Assembly (NCBI RefSeq): GCF_006345805.1
Contig: NC_043018.1
Span: 22,568,001-22,632,000 of the forward strand
From: Octopus sinensis
Lineage: Eukaryota
Direction: 5' to 3'
Length of the DNA stretch: 64,000 bases
Below the pieces are notes generated by a model. The model was given only the letters and a program-made list of their open reading frames with translations. It did no database searches and was not told the DNA's origin. The translations under genes were made by a program, and so were the position numbers. Below, in pieces: positions 39,710-53,504 of the stretch; position 1 is the stretch's first letter, and each line of letters opens with the position of its first letter.

Positions 39710-40720
39710 CTAGAAGCATTAACTATCACCGTCCTAGACCATCCATGTATTAATGAATGTATTTCATATGAAGCTACAGCGAGCTGAAACAAAACTAGCA
39801 ATGTTAGTCCATATATTGGCCTTACGTAAAATACATTTAAGAGAAAACTATACCAACATAGGAACCGTACACCTTGTACAACATGTGGTCGGGCATTGTC
39901 TTGCAAGAGAATTGGCCTGTCTCTATTGATCAATCTCGGTTGTTTAATTGCAAATTCACTCATCATTTCATCCAATTACGTGATTATACACACGCTGTAA
40001 CTGACTTACCAGGCTTCATGAAGCTGTAGTGGATGACACCAGCGCTGGAGCACCAAACAGACACCATTAACCTTTTTTTAGTGAATATTCTTTTTTGGAT
40101 TGTGTTTTGGCACTTCGTCGCTATCCAACCACCGTGCAGAACCCTTGCTTTTGTTGAAAAGAATCCATTTTTCCTCACACGTAACAATACGATGCAAAAA
40201 TGGTTCGTTTTTATGCCGTGACAGCAAAGAACATCAAGTTTCAAGACGACGGGTCATTTGATACTCGTTCAGTTTGTGTGGTACCCACTTGTCCAGTTCC
40301 TTTACCTTGCCGATTTGTTACAGATAGTCCAATACAGTTGGAATCGAAACATCAAACCTTGCTACTAACTCACACATAGTTTGAGATGTATCCGCTTCCA
40401 CTAGAGTTTCCAGATCATCATTATCCACCTTGGTCTCAAGTCTACCATGGGGGGTTGATTTTCAAGAGTGAAGTCACCAGACCGGAACTTCTCAAACCAT
40501 TGATGTACAGTGCTCTCATTCACCACAACTTCATCAAACACCTTATTGATGCTTCGAGCTGTCTGAGATGCATTTGTTCCACGACGGAACTCATATTCAT
40601 AAACAACATCATGTTTTGATCTAGCCATGAGTTCACAAACATTGATTTACAAGAGAAAACTCACAATATAATCAGACACCATGAATTGCATTTCGAAAAG
40701 TGATGATGTAACAGTTCAAT
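39710..40720 (-). pseudogene. Decayed mariner transposase
   Basis: QWFEKFRSGDFTLEN, LDKWVPHKL, HRIVTCEEKW and LLQDNARPH with stops and frameshifts. A small plus-strand mariner piece (LDKWVPHEL) follows at about 40950-41100. Confidence 0.85.
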
Positions 40721-41228
40721 GTTTCTTTACTGCCCACAAGGGGCTAAACATAGAGGGGACAAACGAGGACAGACAAACGGATTAAGTCGATTACATCGAC
40801 CCCAGTGCGAAACTGGTACTTTATTTATCGACCCCGAAAGGGTGAAAGGCAAAGTCGACCTCGGCGGAATTTGAACTCAGAACATAGCGGCAGACGAAAT
40901 ACCGCTAAACATTTCGCCCGGCGCGCTAATGTTTCTGCCAGCTCAATGTTGTACCCACTGGACAAGTGGGTACCACACGAACTTGTTGTAAGACAAAGAA
41001 TTATCAGGATAAAACATAACATTAGAGTTAACGACTGTCAAATCTGGTGCATAAGAAAATCGGACGTTTCATTCTTAATGACCTGATAAAACAACTTCAT
41101 CAAAAGAAGCACCGCAAAGATCCATCATCGATTTTTAAAAAAAAGTATTTAAACCTCCAATGAACAGGAATTAACATTTAGAGGAATACAAAGACTCAAA
41201 TATTCCAACTAACCATATGAGGCAAACA

Positions 41229-41627
41229 TCTTTATATATAAAAGTCAAGTTGTGTGTCTGTCTCCTACGATTTAGATTCCTAACTACTCCCACATTTTGC
41301 GGTGCAGTTTAACCAAAACCGGGTATCTTATAGTCGTGATTCATATCGAGCCCTTCTGGGTATTAGCGCGCGTCTACGATGAGTCTACGAATTTAAAAAA
41401 AAATTACCATCTTTTTTTTTCCATTTTAATGCATTTTTTCTCTATTATATAAGGGAAGTAACTCTCTAAAAATGTCTACGATGAGTCAACGATTTTTAGA
41501 AAAAATTACCATCATGTTTTTTTCCATTTTAATGCATTTTTTTGCTAATTTTTGGCTATAACTCTCTAAAAATGCTTATATAGTTATTTCCCTTACAAAC
41601 CCGAGCAACGCCGGGCGATACTGCTAG
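41229..41627 (+). mobile_element. Non-autonomous Helitron; related copies at 36353-36748 (-), about 36760-37254 (-), 51845-52345 (-), 61952-62328 (+), 62486-62857 (+)
   Basis: A|TC...CTAG|T junctions with no TSD; subterminal hairpin cccgagcaacgccggg. Confidence 0.85.
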
Positions 41628-41759
41628 TTACAAATAAAGAGCAAAAAGCATTGGAATGTCAACAGGAAATCTCCTCTGTAGTCGTTAAAGAAGCTGATAA
41701 AGGAGGAGCCATTGTAGTGTGCTTCCCAAAGTTCCTCCACGAGTATCTCAACTCTCTCA

Positions 41760-43000
41760 CGGGATATGCTTATGGCAGTGGCTGTTTGATTTTAGTCAAT
41801 AGCCTGTAACCCATCAGCATGTGGTGAACACAATAGAACATTATTCACAATGGACTCAGCCGATTGTCGGATACGTCTTACGCGTGGCATCAGGTGTTCG
41901 ACATAGACCCACAAGTCAGCAATGCTCGGGCACTGGACGATAGCGTGTAGAGTAGTTTCGTCGCCCTGCGTGCACCTCGGACAAGCCAGGCTGACAGCCT
42001 TTCCATGCCTGTAGAATTTATTCCGAACCGGCAATGCCCCTCGTTAGACTGCCATTCCAAAGATTACTGGAAATTATCCATATGTTCCGGCCCAAAAGTC
42101 TTCCGGAGTAGACCAGTCAGTTGATTCTTGTCGACGCCCAGAACACAGATTTCAAACATTTAGTCACAGTTTTAGTAAAGAGATTGGCGCTTGTCGTCGA
42201 GAAGCTTATTGGTGACATGCAGACATGCGCCATCCCAAGCAGATCCATCCCCAACAACCTCCAACTCATGCGATACATCATAGACAAAGTGAATAAAGAA
42301 GCTGACATGGGTTGTGCCTTGAGCAATCTGCATCAATCTGAAGCTTTCGGTAGGGTCGGCCACCAATACTTGGCGGCCGGTTTCGGTCTCGTTTTCCGTG
42401 GCTGGATCACTGCAATGTACAACATCTTCTCGGTAGTTTAATGGTTACCTAACAGAACCATACAGCATCGTGCACTCAATTTGTCATTGGTGTCCCCTCT
42501 CGTCTCTTCTGTACGTACTGGCTTCAGAGCCACTACTGCGAAAAGAGGGGTCAATGAGAGACATCCCATGCAAACTAGGACGTGGGAGAACCGTGTCGGC
42601 ATACGTGGACGACGTCATCGTCATAGTATCTATTTCTTTACTACCCACAAGGGGCTAAACACAGAGGGGACAAACATAGGTATTAAGTCGATTACATCGA
42701 CCCCAGTGCGTAACTGGTACTTAATTTATCGACCCCGAAAGGATGAAAGGCAAAGTCGACCTCGGCGGAATTTGAACCCAGAATGTAACGGCAGACGAAA
42801 TACGACTACGCATTTCGCCCGGCATGCTAACGTTTCCGCCAGCTCGCCGCCTTAACTGACGTCATCGTCATAGTATCGAACACAAGACACATAGAGCTGG
42901 TCGGCATTGCTCTAAAAGAATACGAGGCAGTGACAGGAGCGAAAATTAACCAAGAAACGTCAGTTGGTCTGCAGCTCGGCACCTGGGAAGGCAGAATCCA
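41760..43000. pseudogene. Tx1/L1-clade ORF2 remnant with two opposed halves: zf-RVT (-, 41760-42115) and RT (+, 42117-43000)
   Basis: CPRCTQGDETTLHAIVQC on the minus strand; QTCAIPSRSIPNN, AFGRVGH and SAYVDDV on the plus strand. A SINE at 42631-42857 has a 20-bp TSD gacgtcatcgtcatagtatc. Confidence 0.8.
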
Positions 43001-43679
43001 TACCTTCTTCTTTACTACCCACAAGGGGCAGGCTAAACACAGAGAGGACAAACAAGGACAGACACACGGATTAAGACGATTACATCGACCCCAGTGCGTA
43101 ACTGGTACTTAATTTATCGACCCCGAAAGGATGAAAGGCAAAGTCGACCTCGGCGGAATTTGAACTCACAACGTAACGCAGACGAAATACCGCTAAGCAT
43201 TTCGCCCGGCGTGCTAACGTTTCTGTCTACAAAATTCACTCACTTCCTGTTTCTGCAGTACCTGTATTTCATAGGGCCAGCCTTGTCACTCTCTGTGTCA
43301 CGCTGAATATCCCCGAGAACTACGTTAAGGGTACACGTGTCTGTGGAGTGCTCAGCCACTTACACGTTAATTTCACGAGCAGGCTGTTCTGTTGATCGGA
43401 TCATCGTCGTAACCGACGGGGTGCTTCCAGGGTGTCAGCATCATGATCGTAAGAATTGTGGTTTCGATTCCTGGACCGGGCGACGCGTTGTGTTCTTGAG
43501 GAAAACACTTCAATTCACGTTGGTTCAGTCCACTCAGCTGGCAAAAATGAGTAATGCTGCGATGACTGGCGTCCCATCCAGCTGGGAAACACATACGCCA
43601 TTGAAACCGGGAAACTGGGCCCATGAGCCAGGCTAGGCTTTAAAATGGCACATTTATTTTTTATTTAATATATCACTTT

Positions 43680-44211
43680 ACCGGGAACCGCTTTACGAGA
43701 CTCCGGATTTATGAGTTGTAATTTTCAAGCACAAGATCCAAATTTTGAACGAAGAGCAAAAGTTTCTGCTACCAGAAAAAATGATTCTGCATGTTACCGA
43801 GAAATTTATAGAGAGCAAAAAGAAAGAAAAAAAGCTTTTTTTAAGCAAACAACTCTAGTCTTGTTTTTTACAAAGAAATCTACTGGTCCGTCTACGAGTG
43901 CAAGTGAATCGGTGATCGTATCTACAAGTGATGGTCTAGAAGGAGTTAAAGTGATTTAGAAATTTTCTTTTTTTTAGTATAAAAGATCTTGACATTCTTT
44001 TTACTTTACATAAAATATTCTTTACATTTTACTGTTGTTTTATTGCCATTTATTTACAAGTATCATAAATTTTATGGGTAAAATATTTTTCTGGGAATAA
44101 ATTAGGATTTATAACATTGCTGCAATGGGAAATTATTACTCAGCTTTACGAGTTTTCGCATGACCAGCGTTCTTCGGGAACAGGTTAACTCGTATATCGA
44201 GGCATTAGTGT
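43680..44211 (+). mobile_element. Tigger/pogo-like 3-prime remnant
   Basis: FQAQDPNFERRAKV...CYREIY...KQTTLVLFF C-terminus and a ctcgtatatcgaggcattagtgTA end. Confidence 0.65.
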
Positions 44212-44417
44212 ATACATAAGGCGAGCTGGCAGAATTGTTCACACGTCGGACGAAATGCTTATCGGCATTTCGTCCGTTTTCAAATTCTGAGTTCAAATTC
44301 CGCCGAGGTCGACTTTGCCTTTCATCCTTTTACGGGGGCGGAGAGTCAATAAAATAAATACTAGTTGAGTACTGGGGTCGATTTAGTAAACTTACATCTA
44401 TATGTATATATACATGC

Positions 44418-44454
<37 letters not shown>

Positions 44455-45153
44455 GTGTATGTATGTATGTATGTATAGAGAGAGAGGTGGGTCAGTGTGC
44501 GGACAGGATAGTTAGCAGGCCGGGCAAAATTCTTACCGGCATTTCATCCGTCTTTACGTTCCGAGTTCGAATTCCACCGAGGTTGATTTTTTTTCTTCAT
44601 TCTTTCGAGGTCGATACCTTCCCCCAATATTTCTGGCCTTGTGCCAAAATTTGAAATCAATACATGTGTGGGGGGGGGTGTATGCATGCATGCATATCTT
44701 TTTGTCTGCTCCACCACTATCTCTTGACAACCGGCATTGGTTTGGTTATGTCCCCATAAACTAGCTGTTCAACATAAGAAACCGATAGAATATCACACTT
44801 TAGAAAATAGATACTAAGATTGATTTGATCGTCTAAACCCGTCCAGCTGGTGCCCCAGCACGGCCGTAGTCCAATGATTGAACAAGTGTAAAAAAAAAAT
44901 ATCAAAAGAATTCATTATTCTAGGTTTACCCTCCAACAAATTCCTGGCCCCTTGCCAAGGTCCTTTATGTAACCTCTTGCTCCTTGGGCTGTAAGAGTTA
45001 CCTATCCCTGAAAATGACGCTCTCTTGAGATGTGGTGAAAAAGAGAGAAAGGTGGGCGGGGAGAGAACACAAAATCAGAGAAAGGGAAATCTTGTGACAA
45101 AAGGTTAGATACATAGACAGACAAACAGACAGACGGGTTGATAGTTAGGTAGG

Positions 45154-45192
<39 letters not shown>

Positions 45193-45214
45193 GTAGATAG
45201 ATAGATAGATAGAT

Positions 45215-45259
<45 letters not shown>

Positions 45260-45540
45260 TAGAGAGAGAGAGAAAGAGAGAGAGAGAGCAGAGAGAGATA
45301 GACAGACAGGTTGGTAATTAGGTAGGTTTGTAGGTAGATAGGTGGGTAGGTAGGTAGGTAAGTCGATAGATAGATAGATAGATAGATAGATAGAAAGATA
45401 GATAGAAAGAGAGAAAGAAGAGAAAGATAGACAGACAGGTAGTAATTAGGTAGGTTTGTAGGTAGATAGGTGGGTAGGTAGGTATGTAGGTAAGTAGGTA
45501 GGTAGGTAGGTAGGTAGGTAGGTAGGTAGGTAGGTAAGTC

Positions 45541-45598
<58 letters not shown>

Positions 45599-45621
45599 TA
45601 GACAGATAGATAGATAGATAA

Positions 45622-45684
<63 letters not shown>

Positions 45685-45685
<1 letters not shown>

Positions 45686-45921
45686 CTTTCTTTATTGACC
45701 ACACAGGGCTGAACACAGAGGGGACAAATACAAATGCAGAGCTTTTTTTTAAAAGGAAAAAAAAGGGAACAAATGTAGAATTCCGATCAAAAGGGATCGT
45801 GTATCACAGAAAGAATTTGTTTAAAAAGAAACAAGATTAGATTCATCCGTGGAAAGAAAAGCCTACAGAAAAGACCACGGTAACCTCGGGCAGTGAGAAA
45901 TAAACACATCAGAGCAAAGTG

Positions 45922-45986
<65 letters not shown>

Positions 45987-46155
45987 ATGATTTACAGGAT
46001 AATGCTCAAAGTGGTTTCGTCGCTCGCACGCACCATCTTTGCTACATTCACCCACCTTTTTTTGAAAATTTCACGCGACAAAACCTGCCTCTCCGTTCTC
46101 ACCTTCCTTTTCAAGTGGTACTTGAAAAAGTTGATGAGCGGTTGGCCAGAGAGGT
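45685..46155 (-). mobile_element. Tx1/L1-like LINE 3-prime end; other copies at 31288-31775, 15718-15800 and 46358-46520 (all minus strand)
   Basis: LINFFKYHLKRKVRTERQVLSREIFKKRWVNVA ORF2 end, then a UTR ending ctgtgtggtcaataaagaaa followed by a (TATC)n tail. Confidence 0.7.
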
Positions 46156-46273
<118 letters not shown>

Positions 46274-46653
46274 CGTAGGTAGGTAGGTAGGTACATACGG
46301 GTTGGTAGGTACATACGGGTTGGTAGGTACATACGGGTTGGTACGTAGATATGTTTCTTTATTAGCCACACAGGGCTGCACACAGACAGGACAAATTACG
46401 AGGTAGAGCTTTTCTTTTGGGGGTAAAAAAAGGGGGTTTGGTTATCGATCAAAAGGGATCGTAAAAGGAAAGAAAGAGGACAAAAAAAGGGGGGGAATAA
46501 AAATTTTTTAAAAAAGGGGGGTACGTAGATAGATACATACATACATACATACATACATACATGCATACATACATACATACATACATACATACATACATAC
46601 ATACATGCATGCATACATACATACATACATACATACATACATGCATACATACA

Positions 46654-46685
<32 letters not shown>

Positions 46686-46854
46686 CATACATACATACAT
46701 ACATGCATACATACATACATGCATACATACATACATACATGCATACATACATACATACATACATGCATGCATACATACATACATACATACATACATACAT
46801 ACATACATACATCTACATACAACATACATACATACATACATATATATACATACA

Positions 46855-46888
<34 letters not shown>

Positions 46889-47421
46889 CATACATACATA
46901 CATACATAACAGACAGACAGGAAGTACACGTGTGAGAGAGGCGGAGAGAGAGAAAGAAGGAGAGATGAGAGAAAGAGAAAGAAGGAGAGCGAGAGTGAGT
47001 GTGAACGCGAGAAAAAAAATAAAACGTGAAATGCGTTAAGTGAAAGAGAGAGAGAGTCGATAATCAAATGAGAGGAAGAAGCGATGAATGAAGAAACTGA
47101 GAGTAAGAGACTGGGTGAGAGTGAAATATGAGAAAAGAAAGAAAGAGTGATAGAGGGAGGTGGAGAGAAAGAGCGAACGAGCGAGTGAAGCTAGAAAGAG
47201 AAGACAGAGGAGAGAGAGAGGAAGAGAGGAAGAGAGTGATTGGGTGAAACTCACCAGCATAGGAAGGTAAATTAAATGACAGCTGCTCAGAGTGACCTCC
47301 CTTTATAATTAAAAAAGTAAAATTAAGCGAATCGGGTTTTATAATTATCTCTTTTAATTCCTTTTAGTCGTTGTATGTAGTTTTTTTTTTTTTTTTGCTG
47401 TGAACAGGAGATCGGTTGGAA

Positions 47422-47499
47422 ATGGCTTTTTCATTCCGTAATATCTGTCGAACGGCTTGGAGAACTTACTTCAGAGACATTTCTAATAAGAACATTTCG
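47422..47499 (+). CDS. TEFM: TEFM exon 1, probable mitochondrial targeting peptide (MAFSFRNICRTAWRTYFRDISNKNIS)
   Basis: ATG at 47422, tcg|gtaatt donor, phase 0. Arg-rich and acid-poor N-terminus; joins exon 2 in frame. Confidence 0.75.
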
Positions 47500-50459
47500 G
47501 TAATTATGAAACCAAACTGGCAGGTTCTTGCTGGTTTGGGGTTAACACGTTTATATATTTTTTTGTTTATAGGAACAAGTTGTCATAACAAATATAACCT
47601 TGAGAATTTATATATTCCCTTTGTTGCTATTCACGCTGTTATTTAGTATATGTATGTATGTATGTATTCTTTCGAGGTCGATACCTGTTGTGTTATGGGG
47701 TCGGTGTAAGACTTAGTCCTTCTCCCAAATATTTCTGGCCTTGTGCCAAAATTTGAAATCAATACATGTTGCGACTGAGTAGATCTATAATCATGATATT
47801 CCAGCCTTGACTATTGGGATCTATATTTCTCTGTCCGTGTTTTAGGACAGTGACGTAGGCTACAATTTAAGGGACAGTCTACGGCATAACTACAGATGTA
47901 TACCTCCACTCCGACTTCTGTATAGAGAAGCTCTCGTCTTCGTTTGACACGTTAAAACACTATTGCTATTGTTATTTGTGGTTATCTTCCTCTGTTATAA
48001 TTCCATTCACCTCTACGAAACCTTATAATGTTAAATTCACATCTCTACTTTGTACGTATTCGATTTTCAGCCATCACGGAAGGATAAGAAGTAAAGTTCA
48101 CATTTGTTGTTAATTAACATCCTGATGAATTTGACAATGGTTATGAACGTTCCAACCGTGACCTAGCCATTTAATTATCGGTTTTTATTTCGTTTTTTGA
48201 AATTTTTTTGTCTTTTATTGAGACATTGTTTATCTAAGCGTACACTAACTAAAGGGTCTTTTGTCGTTATATAGACCCAGTAAAGTCCTTCTCCCACATT
48301 GCCCTTATTTTATTGACTCCGAGAGGATGAAGGGTAAAGTCGACTTTGGCAGGATTTGAACTCAGAACATAAAGGCGGACGAAATATTGCTCCGCATTCT
48401 GCCGGCTCCCCAAACAAATGATTGCTATGTCCATCCCACTTTATAATTCAGGAACAGTGTATCTAGGACTACACTATTAAATGTTTCTTTCCTTGTTTAG
48501 CCCCAATAAAATACTCTTTTCTACTCTCGGCACAAGGCCCGAAATTTTGGGGGAGGGGGCCAGTCGATTAGATCGACCCCAGTATGCAACTGGTACTTAA
48601 ATTATCGACCCCGAAATGATGAAAGACAAAGTCAACCTCGGCGGAATTTGAACTCAGAACGTAAAGACAAACGAAATACCACTAAGCATTTCGCCCGGCA
48701 TTCTACCGTTTCTGCCAGCACGCCGCCTTGCCCCAATAAAATACTGATGCAGCAGACAAAATGTTTTAGCTCTGTCCCTTACGCCTTAGGGCTACAGACA
48801 TAGTATATCTCGGACTACGGTGTCTAATGTGTCTTCCCTTGTTTAGCCCTTGGTCAAGCCTGATGTAACAGACAAATGGTAAAGATGATGCTGATGTGAT
48901 CATATAGGCGCAGGAGTGGCTGTGTGGTAAGTAGGTTGCTTACCAACCACATGGTTCCGGGTTCAGTCCCACTGCGAGGCTCCTTGGGCAAGTGTCTTCT
49001 ACTATAGCCTCGAGCTGACCAAAGCCTTGTGAGTGGATTTGGTAGACAGAAACTGATAGAAGCCCGTCATATATATGTATATATATATATATGTATATGT
49101 GCGTGTATGTTTGTGTGTCTGTGTCTGTCCCCGTAGCATTGCTTGACAACCGATGCTGGTGTGTTATGTCCCCATCACTTAGCGGTTCGGCAAAAGAGAC
49201 CGATAGAATAAGTACTGGGATTACAAAGAATAAGTCCTGGGGTCGAGTTGCTCGACTAAAGGCAGTGCTCCAGCATGGCCGCAGTCAAATGACTGAAACA
49301 AGTAAAAGAGTAAAAAAAAAAAAAAATAGAGTAACGTACAAAACTACATCAGTGTAGAATATTTGAAGAAAACTACCAAGTGAAATTTAGAAATAGTTCA
49401 AGTAGCTGGAAGAAATTTAAACAAGGTTTATTTTGGCTGTTCACTGATTTTGTAGAGGCTCCTGCTTTAGTAAGGCAGAGTTTCAGAAGAGATGTTCCTT
49501 ACTTGATGAGGAAAGAAAAGGATATGCTTTTCCTTCATTTTTTTAGTATTCCTGTTTTATACAATGCTTATTATTATTCTGGAGGCGCAATGGCCCAGTG
49601 GTTAGGGCAGCGGACTCGCGGTCATAGGATTGCGGTTTCGATTCCCAGACCGGGCGTTGTGAGTGTTTATTGAGGGAAAACACCTAAAGCCCCACGAGGC
49701 TCTGGCAGGGGATGGTGGTGATCCCTGCTGTACTCTTTCACCACAACTTTCTCTCACTCTTACTTCCTCTTTCTGTTGTACCTGTATTTCAAAGGGCCGG
49801 CCTTGTCACTCTCTGTGTCACGCTGAATATCCCCGAGAACTACGTTAAGGGTACATGTGTCTATGGAGTGCTCAGCCACTTACACGTTAATTTCACGAGC
49901 AGGTTGTTCGGTTGATTCACATCAACCGGAACCCTCGTTGTCGTAACCGACGGAATGCTTCCAAATTATTATTCTAATGATTTGGTTAGTTTTTTTTTAC
50001 CCAAAGATTTTCAGTATTGCAATTGGTCTAATTTTATTTGTCTCTTCCCTCTAATTTCATACATTTTTGCTCCCCACTTCCATAATTGTTCCGTTCTCCC
50101 TCAGGTATGGGACATCTCTTCCACAACTCTGCCTTAATCATCTAAATATTGATTTCAAATTTGCTGGGGGGAGGGACACATACGCCACAGAAACCGGGCC
50201 CATGAGCATGGCTAGGCTTGAAAAGGGTGACGTTGGTCAGTGTTCAGCAGATCAAGGAATTCTTATCTTGCTCGGAAACAGGGAAGGGTTGGTAACTGGA
50301 AGAGCATCCAGTCATAGAAAATCTGTTTCAAAAAATTATATCTGATCCATGCAAGCATGGAAAAGTAAACATTAAAATAATGATGATGTTGATAGTGATG
50401 ATGATGATGAACAGTTCTTGTTTTTTTTTCTTAATATTTTTCTTATGTCTTAATTCCAG

Positions 50460-50822
50460 GTCAAAAAATACTCCAAAGCAAGCACGTCTGAGAGTACTTT
50501 ATTTGATTCCTTTTATTCCGATGATGAAAGGAAGAATATTCTAGATTGCTTCAACAAAGCATCAGAAATAGAATTGTTAGCCACCAGACATCTCAACAAA
50601 ATCAAAACTTCCTCTGTTATATCTCACCGCGAACAATTTGGTAATTTTTCAACTTTGAACCAAATTTCTAAAGTTCCTGGTTTGAGTTTCCTTGAACTGC
50701 AGAAATTATTCAACACTTTAAGGTCCTTAAATCATGAGAAAATGAAAGAACTGGTGCCTGCTTCCATGTTATCTCCAGAAGTTACAAGAAGTCAACCAAA
50801 CATGACCAAACAAATAAGTGAT
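50460..50822 (+). CDS. TEFM: TEFM exon 2, helix-hairpin-helix domain
   Basis: ttccag|gtc acceptor and gat|gtatgt donor, 363 nt. DDERKNILDCFNKASEIELLATRHLNKIKTSSVISHREQFGNFSTLNQISKVP aligns with human SEQQASILHVLNTASTKELEAFRLLRGRRSINIVEHRENFGPFQNLESLMNVP. Confidence 0.92.
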
Positions 50823-51343
50823 GTATGTATGTTTTATCTTTTATCTCTTACTGGATTCAGTCATTATTCTACAGCCATGCTGGAGCACAGCCTCGAAATT
50901 TTAGTCAAATCTATGGACCCGCATATTTGTTTGTTTTTTTTTTAAAGCCTGGTATTTTATTGGTGTCTTTTGCTGACCCGCTAAGTCACAGGGATGTAAA
51001 CACACCAACACCGGTTGTCAAGTGGTGGGGCAAGACAAACACAGGTACAAAGGCACACACAAATAGACACATATATACATATACACAACAGGCTTCTTTC
51101 AGTTTCCATCTACCAAACCCACTCACAAGGCTTTGGTCAGCCCAAGGCTATAGTAGAAGACACTTACCCAAGGTGTCACACAGTGCCACTGAAATTGGAG
51201 TCATGTGGTTGGGAAGCAAGCTTCTTACCACACAGCCTTGCCCACAATTATATGTTTATTTTTGTGTCTTTTCATTACCTCATTTAGGACAGCAGATTAG
51301 CAAAGTTGTTAGAATGTCCAATAAAACTTTATATATAATTTTC

Positions 51344-51368
<25 letters not shown>

Positions 51369-51374
<6 letters not shown>

Positions 51375-52830
51375 TTATACATTAGGGTATCTACGAGATA
51401 CCACCATGCTGAAAATAGCAGCCATGAACCGACTCTAAAACCACCTTAAGTTTTCATATAGCAAACGGTGTTGGTGTGTTTACATCCCTGTAACTTAGCG
51501 GGTCAGCAAAAGACACCAATAAAATACCAGGCTTTAAAAATAAAAAAAACAAGTATGCGGGTCCATACATTTGACTAAAATTTCGAGGCAGTGCTCCAGC
51601 ATGGCTGCAGAATAATGACTGAATCATATAGCAAACATGTTTGCTATATGAAAACTTAAGGTGGTTTTAGAGTCAGTTCATGGCTACTATTTTCAGCATG
51701 GTAGTATCTCGTAGTTACCCTAATTTATAATTTTAATAATTATTACCTTTGAAGGTTATTTTTTCCATGCTGACCACTTGATAAGTTCGTTATTTTATTT
51801 TAAATTAACGATCTTACCCTTATTTATATAAATTTATATATATACTAGCAGTATTGCCCGGCGTTGCTCGGGTTTGTAAGGGAAATAACTATATAAGCAT
51901 TTTTAGAGAGTTACTTCCCTTATAGATGCCAATTCGGGCTTTCTTAGCCATTTCTGTTTTGGTGTCTTCAAGCCATGAAGTCGTTGTTCTAAAAGAACGC
52001 TGGTCTCCTTGACAACGCTTTACGACATTGATTTCCTTACACTCCCTTCCCCACAGCTTCACGAATGAGGGAAGACGGGGGAGAAGCAAACAGGTGCAGG
52101 TTTGACCACGGACGCCGACTCCGCCGCCATCGACACACGAAAAATTATGCATTAAAATGGAATAAAAAATGATGTTAAATTATTTTTAAAATCGTAGACT
52201 CATCGTAGACGCGCGCTAATACTGAGACGAGCTCGATATGAATCACGACTATAAGATACCCGAATTTGGTTAAACTGCACTGCAAAATGTGGGAGGAGTT
52301 AGGAATCTAAATCGAAGGGGACAGACACTCACACAACTACATGTATATATATATATATATATATTAAAATTATACATTAGGGTATCTACGAGATACCACC
52401 ATGCTGAAAATAGCAGCCATGAACCGACTCTAAAACCACCTTAAGTTTTCATATAGCAAACGGTGTTGTGTGTTTACATCCTGTAACTTAGCGGGTCAGC
52501 AAAAGACACAATAAATACCAGGCTTTTAAAAAAAAAAAACAAGTATGCGGGTCCATACATTTGACTAAAATTTTGTGGCAGTGCTCCAGCATGGCTGCAG
52601 AATAATGATTGAATCATATAGCAAAAATGTTTGCTATATGAAAACTTAAGGTGGTTTTAGAGTCAGTTCATGGCTACTATTTTCAGCATGGTAGTATCTC
52701 GTAGATACCTTAATTTATAATGTTAATAATTATTACCTTTGAAGGTTATTTTTTCCATGCTGACCACTTGATAAGTTCGTTATTTTATTTTAAATTAACG
52801 ATCCTACCCTTATTTATAAAAATTTATATA
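51369..52830. repeat. Tandem duplication of a hairpin element (about 470 bp) on both sides of a Helitron
   Basis: 51369-51840 is repeated at about 52364-52830. Each unit has inverted arms of about 95 bp; a family fragment also occurs at about 18420-18580. Confidence 0.8.
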
Positions 52831-53425
52831 TATAGGTGCAGGAGTGGCTGTGTGGTAAGTAGCTTGTTTACCAACCACATGGTTCCGGGTTCAGTCCCAC
52901 TGTGTGGCATCTTGGGCAAGTGTCTTCTGCTATAGCCCCGGGCCGACCAATGCCTTGTGAGTGAATTTGGTAGACGGAAACTGAAAGAAGCCCGTCGTAT
53001 ATATGTATGTATATATATATATGCGTGTTTGTGTGTCTGTGTTTGTCCCCCTAGCATTGCTTGACAACTGATGCTGGTGTGTTTATGTCCCCGTTACTTA
53101 GCGGTTCGGCAAAAGAGACCGATAGAATAAGTACTGAGCTTACAAAGAATAAGTCCCGGGGTCGAGTTGCTCGACTGAAGGCGGTGCTCCAGCATGGCCA
53201 CAGTCAAATGACTGAAACAAGTAAAAGAGTAAAGAGTAAAGAGTAATAATTACAAGTATGGTGATGCAGACAGGGAAAATAGAACTCACAAAACATGTAT
53301 ATTTTCATTAATACTTGACTGAAGGAACAAAGTGATTCAAGGCCTGAAAGTTTGTGTTTGATGAGTGCCAATGCTTGAAACACTTGGCCTTTGAGTCATT
53401 CTGTTGCTTTCGCTAAATACTAAAC

Positions 53426-53457
<32 letters not shown>

Positions 53458-53504
53458 TGAGGAAAAACAACATTCGAGTGAAGTCCAAAAGCAACTTTTG
53501 AGCG

